Part shown: one piece after another, positions 49,013 through 63,153 of the stretch
Numbering within the stretch: position 1 is the first letter of the stretch
Layout of the letters: the number at the start of each line of letters is the position of its first letter
Assembly (NCBI GenBank): GCA_002633005.1
Contig: NMRA01000538.1
Coordinates: 62,001-126,000 of the forward strand
Reading direction: 5' to 3'
Origin: Phoronis australis
Taxonomy: Eukaryota; Animalia; Phoronida
Length of the DNA stretch: 64,000 nucleotides
Position numbers and translations under genes: made by a program
Notes under the pieces: generated by a model
The model's input: the letters and a program-made list of their open reading frames with translations, nothing else
Told to the model about the DNA's origin: nothing
Databases searched by the model: none

Positions 49013-50586
49013 TCCAACTGCCACCGTCGAGTGTTGATGCTGACCATGTTGTCCATACTGTGTGCAGCTGTGTCCATTGTGAATGCAGTCATGTCATTTG
49101 TCAGCAGGAATACAACCGATCCAGATATGTTGATGGATATATTATGGACCTCGTTTGGTAGAGGCAGAAATCCTCGAAATTGATCGACTTTGGGGTTGGG
49201 TCAAGGCAGAAATCGTCTGCAAATTATGGTCAAACTCCACCTTGAAATTTGATGACCTAAGGTTTGGATGTGTGAAATTGATCTGTTTTCGATTCGTAAA
49301 ACCTGGTCATTGTCACAGGGAAGTCTGTGTCATTGTTGAAGTTATTATCTCTGTTTGGAAGAAAATCGTGATCAGGCTCTTCTTCGAAACTTCAGATGTT
49401 TTGTTAAGATGTCGGCTAACAATATTTTTTATCGTTGATGCATGATTTCTGATCAAAGTGCTTGTGAGTGGATAAGATATATACCTGGGGCTTTGAGGTG
49501 GTGTGGGTTTTTATCTTTCAATGTGGAGCTCTGATCTTTTTGTTGATATATTTTAAGACATCGTTTTAACATGGAACATATCAATTCAAATATGAAACGT
49601 CCAGGTCAAGCAAAGTATTGTTTGCACAATGTGTGACGTTATCGTGATTTTTTGTTACTCGACGTGATTTGCATATCATTGGCCAAAAGTGTTTGTTATA
49701 ACAGAACTATTAAGTTTCCTCTTGCATGCTATTTTTGTATAGAATCGTGTATTTTTCTATCGGATTTAGGTGGATGGATGCTTATAATAATAACATATCA
49801 GTGTTTATTTCTACAGATATGACCATTAGCTTTGGTGCAAAAACTGTGAAATTTGTGCATGTACTGAAAATTAAATGTCCCGTATTTGAAGTAAAAACCT
49901 CAAAACTTAGCACGCAACCTTCGAGTGTTTTATGCTCTCTAGTAGAGATTTTTGAGATTTTATCCGGGCAGTAGTATAGAACTTGTGTTTTAATCTTTCT
50001 CACAATGAGTGAAATTGTAAATATTCTCACCTTTTGCGTTAGCGTAGTGTTTCGTAATCATAACAGCACTAGGATTTGGGCATGTTTGTTCAGGATTTAA
50101 GTGTCAGAAATTTAAATTTTGGGCAAGAGTATTTAAAAAATTATTGAGAGGCAATCCCTATTCATGGTGCATTCTTTATGTTGAGGCCGTGGCATACCTT
50201 TCTGATTTCCAACTCTCATTTTGCTCTCTATCAGTGCTGAAACTTTAATAAGATTCCATATTGTACTCGAGCAACTTTGGAAATGAATGAAACCTCCCAA
50301 TTCCTGTAAGACTTGACTTAACAGAAACATCCGAGTTGGACTTTGAGATAGAATCATGGGTGCATAGCAAGTTGTATCTCAGTAGACTGTACGTTCCAGA
50401 GGTTGTAAAGTTGATTTCAAATACTTGTGAAATGGATTTATGTTGGAAAGTTAAGCTTTTGAGAATTTCACTGAATCTGGTTTTCTTTTTTTCTCCATTT
50501 TTCACAACTTTGTTCATCTGTCTCCATAATTGTAGGCAGTTGGAATATAGAAAGTGCATTCAAATTGTCTAAATTTGCCTCGTGAA

Positions 50587-50592
50587 AATAAA
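50587..50592 (+). terminator. Candidate par-6 polyadenylation signal (alternative AATAAA at ~51166)
   Basis: AATAAA followed by GT/T-rich sequence, ~1.6 kb after the stop codon. Confidence 0.35.
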
Positions 50593-52552
50593 CACTGTTT
50601 ACTTGCTCGTTTGTATTTTTTACGCAGAGTCAAAACTACCAAACTTGAATTATAGTAATGGTAAAATCTCACCTATTTGGGACAAATGTGGCAGACAAGT
50701 GAAAATTGCATTGTTTCATTTTTCCGGAAAAGATACTTCAGCACCAAATTAATGTTTTCTGTGTTCAAGTGCTGTACCATAGGTACCAATAGACAATATT
50801 TTGACAAATTATGAACATGCACAACTGTAGAATGTTGGAAGCTCTTGAAAAATGAAAAACAGGCAATTTTGGCAATTATTTTTATACGCAATTGGCGAGA
50901 TTTTACCAGTCAGAGTTCCTTATGATTTTTGTTCAGTCAAAAAAAATCAAAAGTAACCAAATGTGTTAGTCTATAAAATGCCTTGGTGTCATATCAAGTG
51001 ATACACCACAGATGACGCAGATTGAGTTCTATTGGAATGGCTTGCTTGATTGGACATTTGTTTATATGACTGGCATTTCCAGTAATCTGCGATTATCCAA
51101 CTGTTGGCTGATATGACCATTCTTCATGAGATTGGTGAATGAGGGTATTAGAACTGCAAACTTGGAATAAAAATAATGAAAAGTGGCAAGTTTTCACACA
51201 TTTACCTATTTGGGTTGAGGCCAGAGTGTTTATTGAGAAACTAAAAAACGGAGGGTGGACGTTAAACAAGTACAGGCAAACCGCAATATAACACTTGGGT
51301 TATAATTTTGTAATGGTTAATTCCGCAAGTCCCAAGTCAACTGAGTTGTTGGTTTAGTAGCATCGAACTTTGGTTACAATGAAAACCAGATGTTTTGATG
51401 TGGTTCGACAGAACTATAAACACTGAACACTGAAGACTTGAAATAGTTCAAAATTAAGAGGTCTGGTATTAATAGTATTTCATTCACACAAAACAGCAAA
51501 TCACACCAGGTTCTGGTAACTTCGTACTGAATCAAGCAATAAGAGATCAAAAGGTTGTACCAAAACATGTTTATTTACAAAATAATCCCATTCAGCAGTA
51601 TTGAAAATTTAAAAAGGTTAATACAAACCTGTTATTGGACATATAAGTGCATTGGGTGCATAGTAGTCAATACTATTTAATTCAAATAAATACGGACTTG
51701 ATCACACATTAAGTGAACAATAAAAATAGTGCCTCATCTTACAGTTTCTAAAAAATGGCTACAATAGCTCTGACATGAACTGCACTCCTTCAATGACAGA
51801 GGAAAGATGCCATACAAGCAGTGATAGCTGTTTTCAAAACTTCACACACGAGTTGAGTCGGACACACCCAGACGGATAAATTGCACATCCATCCATACTT
51901 GTTCACGTGTTCTCGAGACTACCCATAGCTCGTGTGGATTTGTAAGTTTACCATAAGGATGTCAAGTGATAGGTCGCTTTTCACGCCATGTTTCAACGTT
52001 TCAGACGGTCTCATGCATAGGTGTCAACCACTTATCTCACTTGACATTACAGAATTTTTCTGGTGAACGAAGAATGCAAGAATATCACTGGTGTAAAAAG
52101 TAACAAGCAGGATGAATTATGGGTGAGTAAGAACTCAAGTGGTGTCTTGTAATTCAGGACAGGGCTTTTTTTAGAATGGGGATGTAATTATCCAGTTCTA
52201 AAATATGCAGAAAATCAAATAACGCATATAGTAGCTTTCAAATGAGGGGCTGAATTTTGCTAAATATTTCTGGCTACGTTAAAGTAATGTTGAAAACCCA
52301 CAAAGAAACCAGATGAAAACTTTAAATCAGCCGGAAGTTTTTGCTTCAAAATTTTGCTGATTTATCTGAGAAGAAATGTCATCAAACTTTTTGGAAAAGT
52401 ACAGTATGTTAATAGTTAAATGTTCCAATAAGTGTAAATCTGATTTGCATATTTTTGAAGACGTGGATACATTTTTGCAATTCAAGTTTTGAGAAACAGA
52501 AAAAAGTGTCATTGAATTGAACTAAATAATAAATTACAAAAAGTACAGATAT

Positions 52553-55500
52553 CTAGGTTGGTAACATGCTCTGTTTCACACCTTTTAAAGTGTTTGTAAT
52601 CCTCTCATCCTCGGTGTGAACAAACATTTTCGCCGGAGAAGGACTCCGTTTCATCAAGGACCCAAACATAGTCTTCAATTCTTTGATGTCCGGTTTGTGC
52701 TCTTCTGCCTCCCTCTGTATTCGTTCTCTTCGCTCAACCCTCTGACTTGCATCTAGTTTACTTGCAGCGGCTTCTCTTTGACGGACCTTCATTTTTTCCT
52801 TCTCTCGCTCTCGCACCCAAGCGTCATAAGATTTTATACCAACTTCCTTTTCCTGCATCCTGCAACATACAAATATTATGTCGTTGCCTAGTGTACTTCG
52901 GGCTTACATTGTATAGGATGACTAAATAACACTGACAAGTATCAACAATTTTCCAGTAGAGACAACAAAGAGTTTCAATCACAACACGTTTCATGTGGTT
53001 TGAAAATGCTGGGCATTACTGCCAAAACATGTTGCATTTGAAACACTTTGTTGTCTTTATTCATTTCCATCCAAATGATGTTAACAATCAAAAATATATT
53101 TAAAATAGGAGCTTCCTGATTTTATCAATCATAATGCAAAAGGATGAGAAGCAAAATTCTTTAGGAATTTCAGAGACAATAAACAGTACAGGATATTGTC
53201 ACCTGTTAGAAAAAGCTCATTTCACACCATCTTTTACTTCATCACTAGATATGTACAAGAACCGCTGGTGTAATCCATTATAATTATCAAAAGCACTGAT
53301 CTAAGTTCCCTTTGTGTGAAGCAAGGAAGTACCACTAAGACTTTATGTCAATAAAACACTGGCTGGAATTAATAGCGATTTTGTACACTGAAACTCGTGA
53401 TTTTATAACTATTTACCCAGAAACTGAATTCGTCATGACAAGTTGGATTACAGTCATTCCCCCAATACAAAAAATGGCCAAAAACAATGTCACTGGATTC
53501 AGTTTGCTGACTAGTATTTCAATTGTTACAGACAAGTTAACCATAATGGATTCATCGGGTTAGATGTGCAAGTCGTGACGTGGGACAAAAGTGTGCAAAC
53601 ACCTAGATTGATATCTGGCTTTGGAAATCATTGTCTGGAGTTGAAAGTAAACAAGAGATATTTCTAGTGAAATGTCTTGTTTTGTTGACCAATTCTTAGA
53701 GCCAACACCTTAATATGTGCAGTGTATTGTGAGAAATCTATCACCTAGCGAACAAAGATGTACTGTTTAGTTAGTAATGTCAACTGTCCAGACTAGATGT
53801 GAGGGTCTATCACATCGCAATTGCATTATGATTTGAATGGAGCTTTTGACTGATCACATGACACCGTAATCGCAGAGGTTCTGATGAATCTATACTATAT
53901 TAATACAAAGCACAGAAAGGGAAGGAATTTGTGAAGGAAATGACTGCAGCACAAAGCTAAAACACTGGTCTCCACTCTCCATCAATATTCCACTTGAATG
54001 CAGTCATCAGTTTCTCAAAAATAATTTTGTTCAAAGGTATTCGCTCAAAATGTGTGTTCCAGTAAATTATTGAGTAAGCATTGCGAATATTTTAATATTC
54101 CCAATTATCGTGATATAACGAACAAAAAACTCTGATCACAGTACCAAATGGTAGCACAAAATCAAAAAAAAAGGAAAAACAACATTCAAAGTGAAAATGG
54201 AGTACAAGCCACGCTTCAAGCTGTATTATTATCAAGAATTTGATCATTACTGGACAATATGGATTCTTGAATTATTTGGCTAAAAGCACCATCGTCACTG
54301 ACAGAAGATCATTATATAATGGAACATGGAAAAAGTCGATTAGCTTTTGCCCAATACTCGAACTAGTGCATTTTTGTTCAGTCACGTTACATGTGATTTA
54401 AGACACATACTGTTAGTGGAAAACTCCTTCAAATACAAGCATCGCGATAATTTAGATTAATGAAAAGGAAGGCAGATTCTGAAAGGCAGTTCTGAGAGGA
54501 ACACAGGCAAACAGGGGTGCAGTTTCTTATGAGGTTGGCCAGATCATGCAAGAGGGCATGCAAGTGAAAGGCTAGTGTTTTGCCAATAAGCTCAAGACCT
54601 AACTAGTAGGGCAATACAGGGGTAGCCGATTTTAAGGAACCAGTTTGATGCTTGTTATTCAGTGGAGAAAACTGATTCTCAAGATGTGGGACCCCAGACT
54701 ATTACCACTAGTAGTGTACAGCAGCAAATTGGATACCAATGAAGTGATTTGATGGAAAGCGTAGAATCTTGAAATATAGGGAAAACACACAAATTCTTTC
54801 CATAGAAGATTTCTCACTGCAAGTGCCTTGCAAGTGACTAGCAAAACCTTAATTTCTGCTTTCATGCATTCCTTTGGATAGCATAACAGAGTGAACCAAT
54901 TAAGTGAATATGCTTTGGAAAAACAGTCACAACTATTCCTCAATCGCCAAAACTGTCTGTCAATCTGGTTTATAAAACCATCGTCAGTACCGATGAAGTT
55001 GCTCAACATTACTTCTTCCCTTTCTGGAGACTAGTGTTGCGTTGCAAGAACAAGGCAAGCAAGCAAAATAAATCGCTAAACAAAATGATAAAGAAGATAT
55101 GGAGAAAGCATACATAGGATGAAGGTTATGCAGAGGGTGTGTGCATTTTTTAATGGGTGCACCGTACGTCAAGCTGAAATGAGACAAAGTAACACTCAGA
55201 GTTAAACACACATTAAGGGGAATGGATGTTATGTGCAAGGACTTACTTTATTTTAAAGACATAAAAAAGTTTTCAATTTAGGACCCAACATCGCAGAAAT
55301 AAATTTTAATTTTCCTTTGTCAAAATTTTCATCAAAAATAAAAATAAAGAATGTTTCATTTCATTTTCAAGCATGGTTTGTAAGATACAACTGTTTTCAC
55401 GTGACATTCAGTATATTTTTTAGCAATTCCAGCAATGCAGTAAACCTTTAAAAATATAAAGAACAATGTCAGTTTAAGCAATCATTTTTTCCAAATCGAA

Positions 55501-58500
55501 AATTTTTACTGTAGGAGCCCTTGATCACCATCTTGTCATAAAGAACATTGCAGACATATATGCTGAAATATGACTCATATATCACTATCTGTTAATAAAC
55601 AACATGGAGTGGGTGGAGTAAATATGTCCACAAGGTGGCGCTAACAGAGACAGATAGGATCCTCACTTATTATCTGAAAATGAAAAAATGCTCACTAACA
55701 TGGAGATGATAGTTGGCTAAGGGTCACTTACAACAACCTGAATCCATGCGTTTATGCAAGGATCATCATCTCACTACCGCCACCTAGTGAATTTTGAGCG
55801 CCCCACTGTTGGTTATCAGAATCTTTATGCATTGCACACCTAAGCTCAGGACATTACTCGCTGTAATTTTTGAGTTGGCAAGGTTAGAGTTTTGAATTAT
55901 GGGAAAAATTTTGTGGTTTCTGCTCGCAAGTGAGAATTTCTCACAGTGAGTGGATCGCTAGTATCTTGCATTAATGGAGTGAAGCCCTGGTGTTAATGAG
56001 CTTCGTATGGTAATAGTAAATTACTGATGAATGAGGTCATGACATTCTACTGAGGAAGACATACTTTGCTGAATGCACAAGAAACATTCACATTTGAAGT
56101 AATTTAATATTAATCGTAACAGTCATATCAACAAAATATGTCTCCAGTCCAACAAAGTGCATTTCTCAAACTACCAAAAGTTGTGCAAGGCAAGACATCT
56201 TGTCTAATAAATGATAACCCAGCCACACTGAAAGCCAAGACAACTGAAACTAATGTGGCACCATATACCCACTTTTGTTCAGCTCTCCATTTTTCCTCCT
56301 CTTCTTTAATTTTCTTATGCATTAGCTGTATCTTTTCTTCATATTTCTTGGTATCAAGCCACTCTTCAAACTTTTTCACTTTTGATTTGCTTCCCTTTGC
56401 TTTCCTGAAAACAAAAATGTCAAAATAAGTTGAATAGCTTTAACTAAAAACATAAGAAAGTAATCAATTAACAAAAATAACAACAGCTACTGACAGCAAT
56501 CAAATTCACAGTCGATCTGGCCCATTCAGCAACATTAGGCAGTCACCTAAGAATTGTGGTGACCAAGGAGCTTGACTTCAAGCATTAGAGTGCTACTAGA
56601 AATACGTAAGGGACTCTCATGTCATATATTGCCTTCCAAAGACTGGGACCAGCTCTGAACAGGTCCCAGCAGTCAAGTCTATTGTACCTCATTGGACTAT
56701 TAAGTACAGGCATGGCTGAGAACACGAAAATAATTCTACGAAGATGAATTCCTTTAGTGATGCAATGTGACCAGCAGTCATGATGTTGCTCATCACATGG
56801 AATTTACAGTTTCATACTACTTCAAGGAAAACTAATAAAAATCAGACTTTACACACCAGGAATTAAAAACAAGAAATATTTTAGAAGGAATACCCCCAAG
56901 TGTAAGAATTGGACGTCCGTCTGGTACATGAGTAGAGCAAGTTTAAAACATCTAATGTGATTTGTAATAATATTGAAGAAAGGCAGATTGAATAAGCAAG
57001 GAATCAGGACTCGGGTCTAATCTCCGAACTCAGACTTGAAGCTTAAGAATCATGTCACATGATCTGAGTAGAAATTTTTAAGTATAATTGAAGTGTGTTA
57101 AGGCACTAGTCAATTTTCGAGTTAAGTTTCGGGTGCAGAGATTAGACGGCAGGCCCTGATGTATTTTCACAAGAATGCAGAAGGCTGTTAGAGTAAGATA
57201 CAACCAATCTAAGTTACTTTGGGTAGAAAAGATAAAGTGTCAAGGGAAATATCCTCAAGTGATAGTCACTGGACTTACATAAACATCCAAACTTCAATTT
57301 TATTGGTTCTGCCTATGGCACAGAAATTAATCCAGACTAGGATCATGCCAACATATTGGCTAGATATATTTATGTAACATATTCCATGTTGAAATATCTT
57401 AACATTGGAAATAAAAGTTTTAGTGATTAAACCTGACAGACAAATTCAGCGCTTAAAAGAGGTCTGTCTGAACTATTCCAAAATGACAATATGGTGAAGT
57501 TTCTTCAAATTCGAACAAAAATGATTGCCAAAATAGTCGTTGTCCATTTTTCAAAAGTTCAATGCAATGTTAAGAGAAATGCTTGAAATTTCATTGTGGT
57601 TTTGTTGATGACAGCTGTACAAAATAAACTATGCAAATAATGAAGTAAAGCTTTCTTTGTTCATTTTTCTTGAAAATTTTGATAATAATATAAAATTTCG
57701 CAACTCCGTCATATCGTGTTCTAAATTAAAGAAACTTTCGCTAAAATAGTCTCAGTGAATCCTGGAACAGACCACATCAACTGCACTTTTCCTAAGTTTA
57801 ACTATCACATACCATACATGCACACATTGAACTCCAAGCTTCTATATTTGAAAGAATGTGTTTTTGTAAATTTTAGGAGCTTCCTTATTGGTGCAGGCAA
57901 ATAAGTGTTCCTTGTTCTGGTTGCTGTCCTTTACTGGAAGTTTTGGACATTTTACCCTCTCTTAGAGTTTCTCAATTAATTTCTTAATGTTAAAATGAAG
58001 TCACGTCAACATCTATAAAGTGGATAATAGAACCTTCACTCAAATGATGAAAAGCTTGCTCTTTGATTTCATTGAAATGTTTCACATTTATGTCCATATG
58101 CCCGGGTTCAGATATGGGTTCAGCTTCAAATAAAGGCATGTATGTCTAAATGTGTGCATATGAAACAGATCAGCAAAAATAAGTATAGTTTGACAATGAG
58201 AATCAGTCAGCAGAAGAGTTTCACTATTGCTACTGCATATGGGTACAGGAGGGATACCAGCCGCATGGCTAGAAACAGGCAAGGGATGTGAAACTACGCT
58301 ACAGCTTTACTCGTACCGTTTGTGGTCCATTGCAAATGACACAGCATGTTTGCAAGCTCTACAACATCAATTGATTATTCATAGTTGTTATTATACAGAA
58401 GGAAGCTGATCGATAAATGTTTTACACACAACAAATAAGTATAGTAAAAGAAAAATCAGAGCAGACTAGAATTCATAAATGCAAGTCAGCCAAAATACGA

Positions 58501-61500
58501 AAAGCATGCACAGAGATAAATTATAAACTGTCATGCTAAAACATGACAGTTGATGAAGCTGCAAAGCGATATTAGTCAAATTGTGTCTAATTTCATTTTC
58601 TTTAAAAGTGTTAAAGTATAAAGTTGCAAAATATTGATTTTTAACATTTCTAATCAATCTAGATATTTGCATGTTAAAAATCAAGAAGTGTACTTTGCAA
58701 TTTTCCCTGATTTTTAATAATAATACTTTTCCTGACTTTTTACAAAAAAAAAACAATTTGTGGGATCGCTACAAAGAGAGAAAATGTATTCATGGCATTT
58801 GATAGATTTTTAGCAAGAAGAACACATGTGCAAAAAACTAACTTTGCTTTGGCTTTCTTTGGCTTTGCGCTGCCAGGTGGGGTCGCTACACCCACACTCC
58901 GTTCTTCTATTGGTTCTAAGATTCCAACTTGACCTGAAGTGATAATGGCAAGTGACATAAAGGAATTGAATGTTCCAGTTTTGACAGAATCACACCAACA
59001 ATAAGTAGATCTGCAGTCAAAACAGCAATGAAGTAATCACTCAACTCTGTAATAAATCTCAACTGCATGATGAACAAGAAAATTTCTACAAAATTTAACA
59101 AATTAAATTTTAAATTTTCAAAAGCTTATCACTCTGCTGCAAACCGTCTAAGTTGTATCAAATACAGTTTGGTGATATAAGTAAGATGAACACTGTGTTG
59201 ACAAAAATGTAATACTGCTTTTGGTTGTTTTTGATGAGAATTCTGGCAAAATAAAATGAAATTCCACATTTTCATGCCATTTGATATTTCATGAGTAATA
59301 TCACATATTGCATAACCAATAGCAAGTTAATAAAGAAGCCCACTCGGTGAAATGAATATTTTTTCTTTCTTTACAACAGCACTGGCCAATTAACATTTCA
59401 TCCACTGGGCCAGCGTTTCACATGCAATCAAAGGACTTTTCTCCACACCAACTAACCAATCAGACTTCTCTTTGACTTTTTCTCGTCCAGTTTGGTTCCC
59501 ACTGCCTCCAGTTCCTGTCAATAATAAAGTGATTTAGCATTGTTAGTGATCGTAAGAACCATGTCCCAGGTCACCAAGATAGCAATAGAAAGCAGTCGAA
59601 TTATGATTGACATACTCATAACCTACATGTTTTTATGTGGGTGGATTATTACCTATAGCTGAAGATGCTAGTAAAACAATAAAAACCCATCTACGTAAAA
59701 CATGAGCAATCTCAGTTTTCCTACAAGACGTTTTTCTTTCCCTTAAAATACTTTTATCATTGATGTTTTTTAATTAATTTTGTTCTCTTGGGAAGTTAAT
59801 GAAACATAATATCAAGACAAAACATGGCAGACAGAGAGTCAGAGAGAGAATATCAAACTGACTTAATTTTGTTTCCACGAGATTATTTGCAATGGCTACA
59901 TTATGGTGTTTGTTCTTGTGATGAAGAATATCGTCAGTGTTCCATATCAAAAGTGAGATAACATGTGAATGTGATTGCGTCTTCCGAGTGTGTTTGAATC
60001 AAAGCATTCACCTCATCTATGGCTTCATCTTCATCTTCTTCTTCCTCTTCTTCTTCGTCATCACTTTCTTCAAACCTTTTCTTCAGCGGCTTTCGTTTTG
60101 ATGCACTGAATCCTGTGCCTTCAAACTCTCCAGGAGGTAATATATTACTCAGGTATACCTGGGCTTGGAAGCCCGTGAGCCAAACAGGAAGAGCAGAGTC
60201 AAAATATTGATGCGCGAATCGTTCACGTTCGCCAAGTTTTGGTTTAGCTTTAACAGCATCTGCTCGCTGCTGCCATCGCCAGAGAAACAAGTGGCGCTCA
60301 CAGTCTTTTTGGTTAAACTTGGTGGATATCGTCAAGGCACTCTCTCCAAAACTGTCCTCTCCATCAATATTTGCACCTGTGCAAAAAAGCTCACTAAATC
60401 CAATATCTTTACTAGGTGATGTTTTGTGACAACAGAGCAAGAATTATGCAGACTAAAGAATTCTTAAACTTTATTTTTGGAGAAATATGACAAATAGAGA
60501 ATAAAATTTGACTTCTACGTCATATTCTTGAAGGTGAAAAATTAAGCACTGGGTAAAAAATAATATATTATTACCTTCATTGTGATAATTCAGTTGATCC
60601 AGTACAACATCAATATTCAAATTTATTTCAAAATAGAGTTTATTCACCGCTCTTACAAAAAGCTGGAAGACCACATCAAACTATCTCTCAGAAAATTAAC
60701 GGAACATGAACATTATGCGTCAAAAGTTGACATTATTTTACCACTGTCCAACAATGTATCAACAATAGTTCCATGCCCAGCCGCAGTAGCTACATGCAAG
60801 GCAGTCCTGCCAAGAGGGGTCGCTGCATTCACATCGGCTCCTGTGAAAAAGTGAGGCGGACACAAAAAATTATGATAACCATCGGATAGAGACAACATAA
60901 TAATAATAAAAATTTAATATAATAATAATACAGCTTAATAATATTAACAATAATAATAATAATGATACCAATATTAATAACAACATTTCAAAGATCTTAG
61001 AGGGTTTTGAAAGTATTACAAAAATATCACCAATTTCAGATAAAATAATTGCCAATTCAAAAAAATATTGTTAGGTGGGAGCTATGGTACAGAATTTGAA
61101 CATGGAAAAGCATTAATTTGGAACAATGTATTTCTTATGGAGAAAATAAAACTTCACTTGTCTGTCATATTGAGTCCTAAACTGGGAAGAGTTTACTGTA
61201 ACATTTTAGAAGAAATGTTAAGATTTATTGTTCATGGAGTAAAATTTGATCCTATCACATACCCTTTGAAAGAGCCAGAACTAAAATGCATCAACTGAAC
61301 ATCAAAACGATTTTCAAAAATAAACCAATATCACTATTAAACAAAATTTAGATACAAATCACAGCACTACAAAAGATTACCTGAAGCAATCAATTTTTCA
61401 CACATGCGCTTGTGACCTCTGTGGGCAGCGATGAAAAGCGCCACAAAAGCCCTCTCCCTCAGTAAGTTTTCCTTGGCCCTCCTGCTCATGTAATCCACCA

Positions 61501-63153
61501 CGGGGGTGTGGTAAATAGCACCTGGAGCCACGCCCAGCCTTTTTATCTAAACACCAAATGAGGGTTAGCAGTTAGTTTGTGTGGGACAGCAGAAATATCA
61601 GTAAAGAAAGACATCAAAACCAGAGTACAATTTCATAAATCTTGGTCTTTTAGCTCTGTCACACAGGATATTGTCATGTATTACACGCAAAGCATATGAC
61701 ATTAATTCTGCTTCCAGTCATGAGTAACTTAGATTAATAATACACACATGGCTTTGCAACAAACTCAGTGACAGAGTTCAAGTAGACTGACAATTACATA
61801 CAAAAAAGACTGAGTAAAAGACAGTCTAATAAAAACCATAATCTTGAAGAACAATAAGAATACGACAAAAACATCTCTACACATTTTTCTTAAGTATATA
61901 ACGTAACTAATGATACACAGGTGCTATCCTTTGGAGTGGTTTAGTTGGCAAGTTGCTCCTTTGCGAGGCAGTGCATTAATTAGTGACTCATATATCAAAG
62001 ATCATCTGTTACAAGGTTTCAGCAATTGAAAGTAAAATTTGTTTTTGGACAGCTTTTATTCAATATCATGAATTTTCTTGTATAATAGACTTCTACTTTC
62101 TTAAAATATTAACTGTGCCTGGAATAACCTTGAGTTAACTTTTTAAAAAAATATTGCTGCATTGACAAATAGCATCACAATTATGTCTTTTGACAAAAAT
62201 TACTGATTCCTTACCCGAGCACATACTTCAGCAGTCTTCTCATTCCAAATGTTTTTATCATATAGAGTAGTATAACACTATCCCTCATTTGTGTTAACTG
62301 AACTGATTAAAGTTCTTAATTCTTAGACTACCAATATACAAATTACCAAAGAGTGACCATGAACTCAGCATTGTCTAACACAACATCATACCTCGTCTAT
62401 GTCATTTGAAGCCACGGCCTCCACTAGCGAGGACCATTGGTGCCACACCCGCAGACAGATGGTGCCACTGGGAACAATGTCATTGTGCTTGATGTCAGTG
62501 GAGTCAATTAGCTCACCTAGAAGCAAGAGTATGCTCTCATTGCAACCTTCAGCATTTCATAATTAGCAAACAGAACAAACAACACATTTGCCAGGTTAAA
62601 AGTATTACCTGTTTAGGAATCACAAATGTATGAATTCAATAAAATATCAAGCACTATACAACATTACAGTCATACAAACGCCTGGGGAAGAATTTTTCTG
62701 AGTAGGCTAAAAACCTCAAATGCTCAAGGAATTACAGATTCATAGACTTTTATCAGTTTTAAATAATTGCTCAGTGACTGGTACGTTAGTAGATACCAAT
62801 TCCAGTTCCATACACAGTAAAATTTGAAGTCAGTTTCTAGTTCTTACAATTTCCAAATAATATTTGCTAACTTTTGAGTTAACTAGTGTCAGCAAATGAA
62901 ACTCATTGGTTGAAGTGCAAATGATACCTTCATCCAAATAGGTCAATCGCTGCAGATGCGTAGGTATTCCAGCTGCAAATTCGATATGGTCTTTCAGTTT
63001 TCTAATTGTCATATCTTGAGTGATGTTTTTCAAGGTGTATTTCTCCTTAGTGTCCAACAGTTTCACATATATCTTGAAATGATTAGCATTCTTCCCCATG
63101 GTAGCCATGCGGCTAAATGTCCGACTGTTGCTTGTCACAGGCAATATATCCAT
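52553..63153 (-). CDS. ANKRD60: ANKRD60-like protein (N-terminal ubiquitin-like domain, ankyrin repeats, acidic tract, coiled-coil tail), 9 coding exons, ~522 aa
   Basis: Exons (minus): 63153-62928, 62516-62392, 61546-61381, 60840-60742, 60376-60012, 59514-59457, 58933-58843, 56404-56273, 52859-52553 (1569 nt, phases consistent). Reads QDMTIRKLKDHIEFAAGIPTHLQRLTYLDEGELIDSTDIKHNDIVPSGTICLRVW...ERAFVALFIAAHRGH...TPLGRTALHVA...GESALTI...ERHLFL. This closely tracks human ANKRD60 ([30 protein letters not shown]...QRAFVALYVASHRGH...SPLGRTPLHVA). Confidence 0.88.
55628..55812. promoter_or_regulatory. Cluster of three CTCF-consensus-like motifs in the last ANKRD60-like intron
   Basis: CCACAAGGTGGCGCT (+, 55628-55642); TCACTAGGTGGCGGT (-, ~55776-55790); CCAACAGTGGGGCGCT (-, ~55797-55812). 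Confidence 0.45.
57003..57160. repeat. Short imperfect inverted repeat (MITE remnant)
   Basis: atcaggac..gtctaatctc pairs with gagattagac..gccctgat. Confidence 0.45.
60897..60985. repeat. Degenerate (TAA)n microsatellite
   Basis: taataataaa...taataataata...taataataataatgat. Confidence 0.8.

Noticed and set aside
52553-63153. ANKUB1 or ENKD1 as the identity of the downstream gene
   Set aside because: The motifs (GIPxxLQRLxYLDEG, RAFVALxxAxHRGH, PLGRTxLHVA) match ANKRD60; no enkurin domain is seen.
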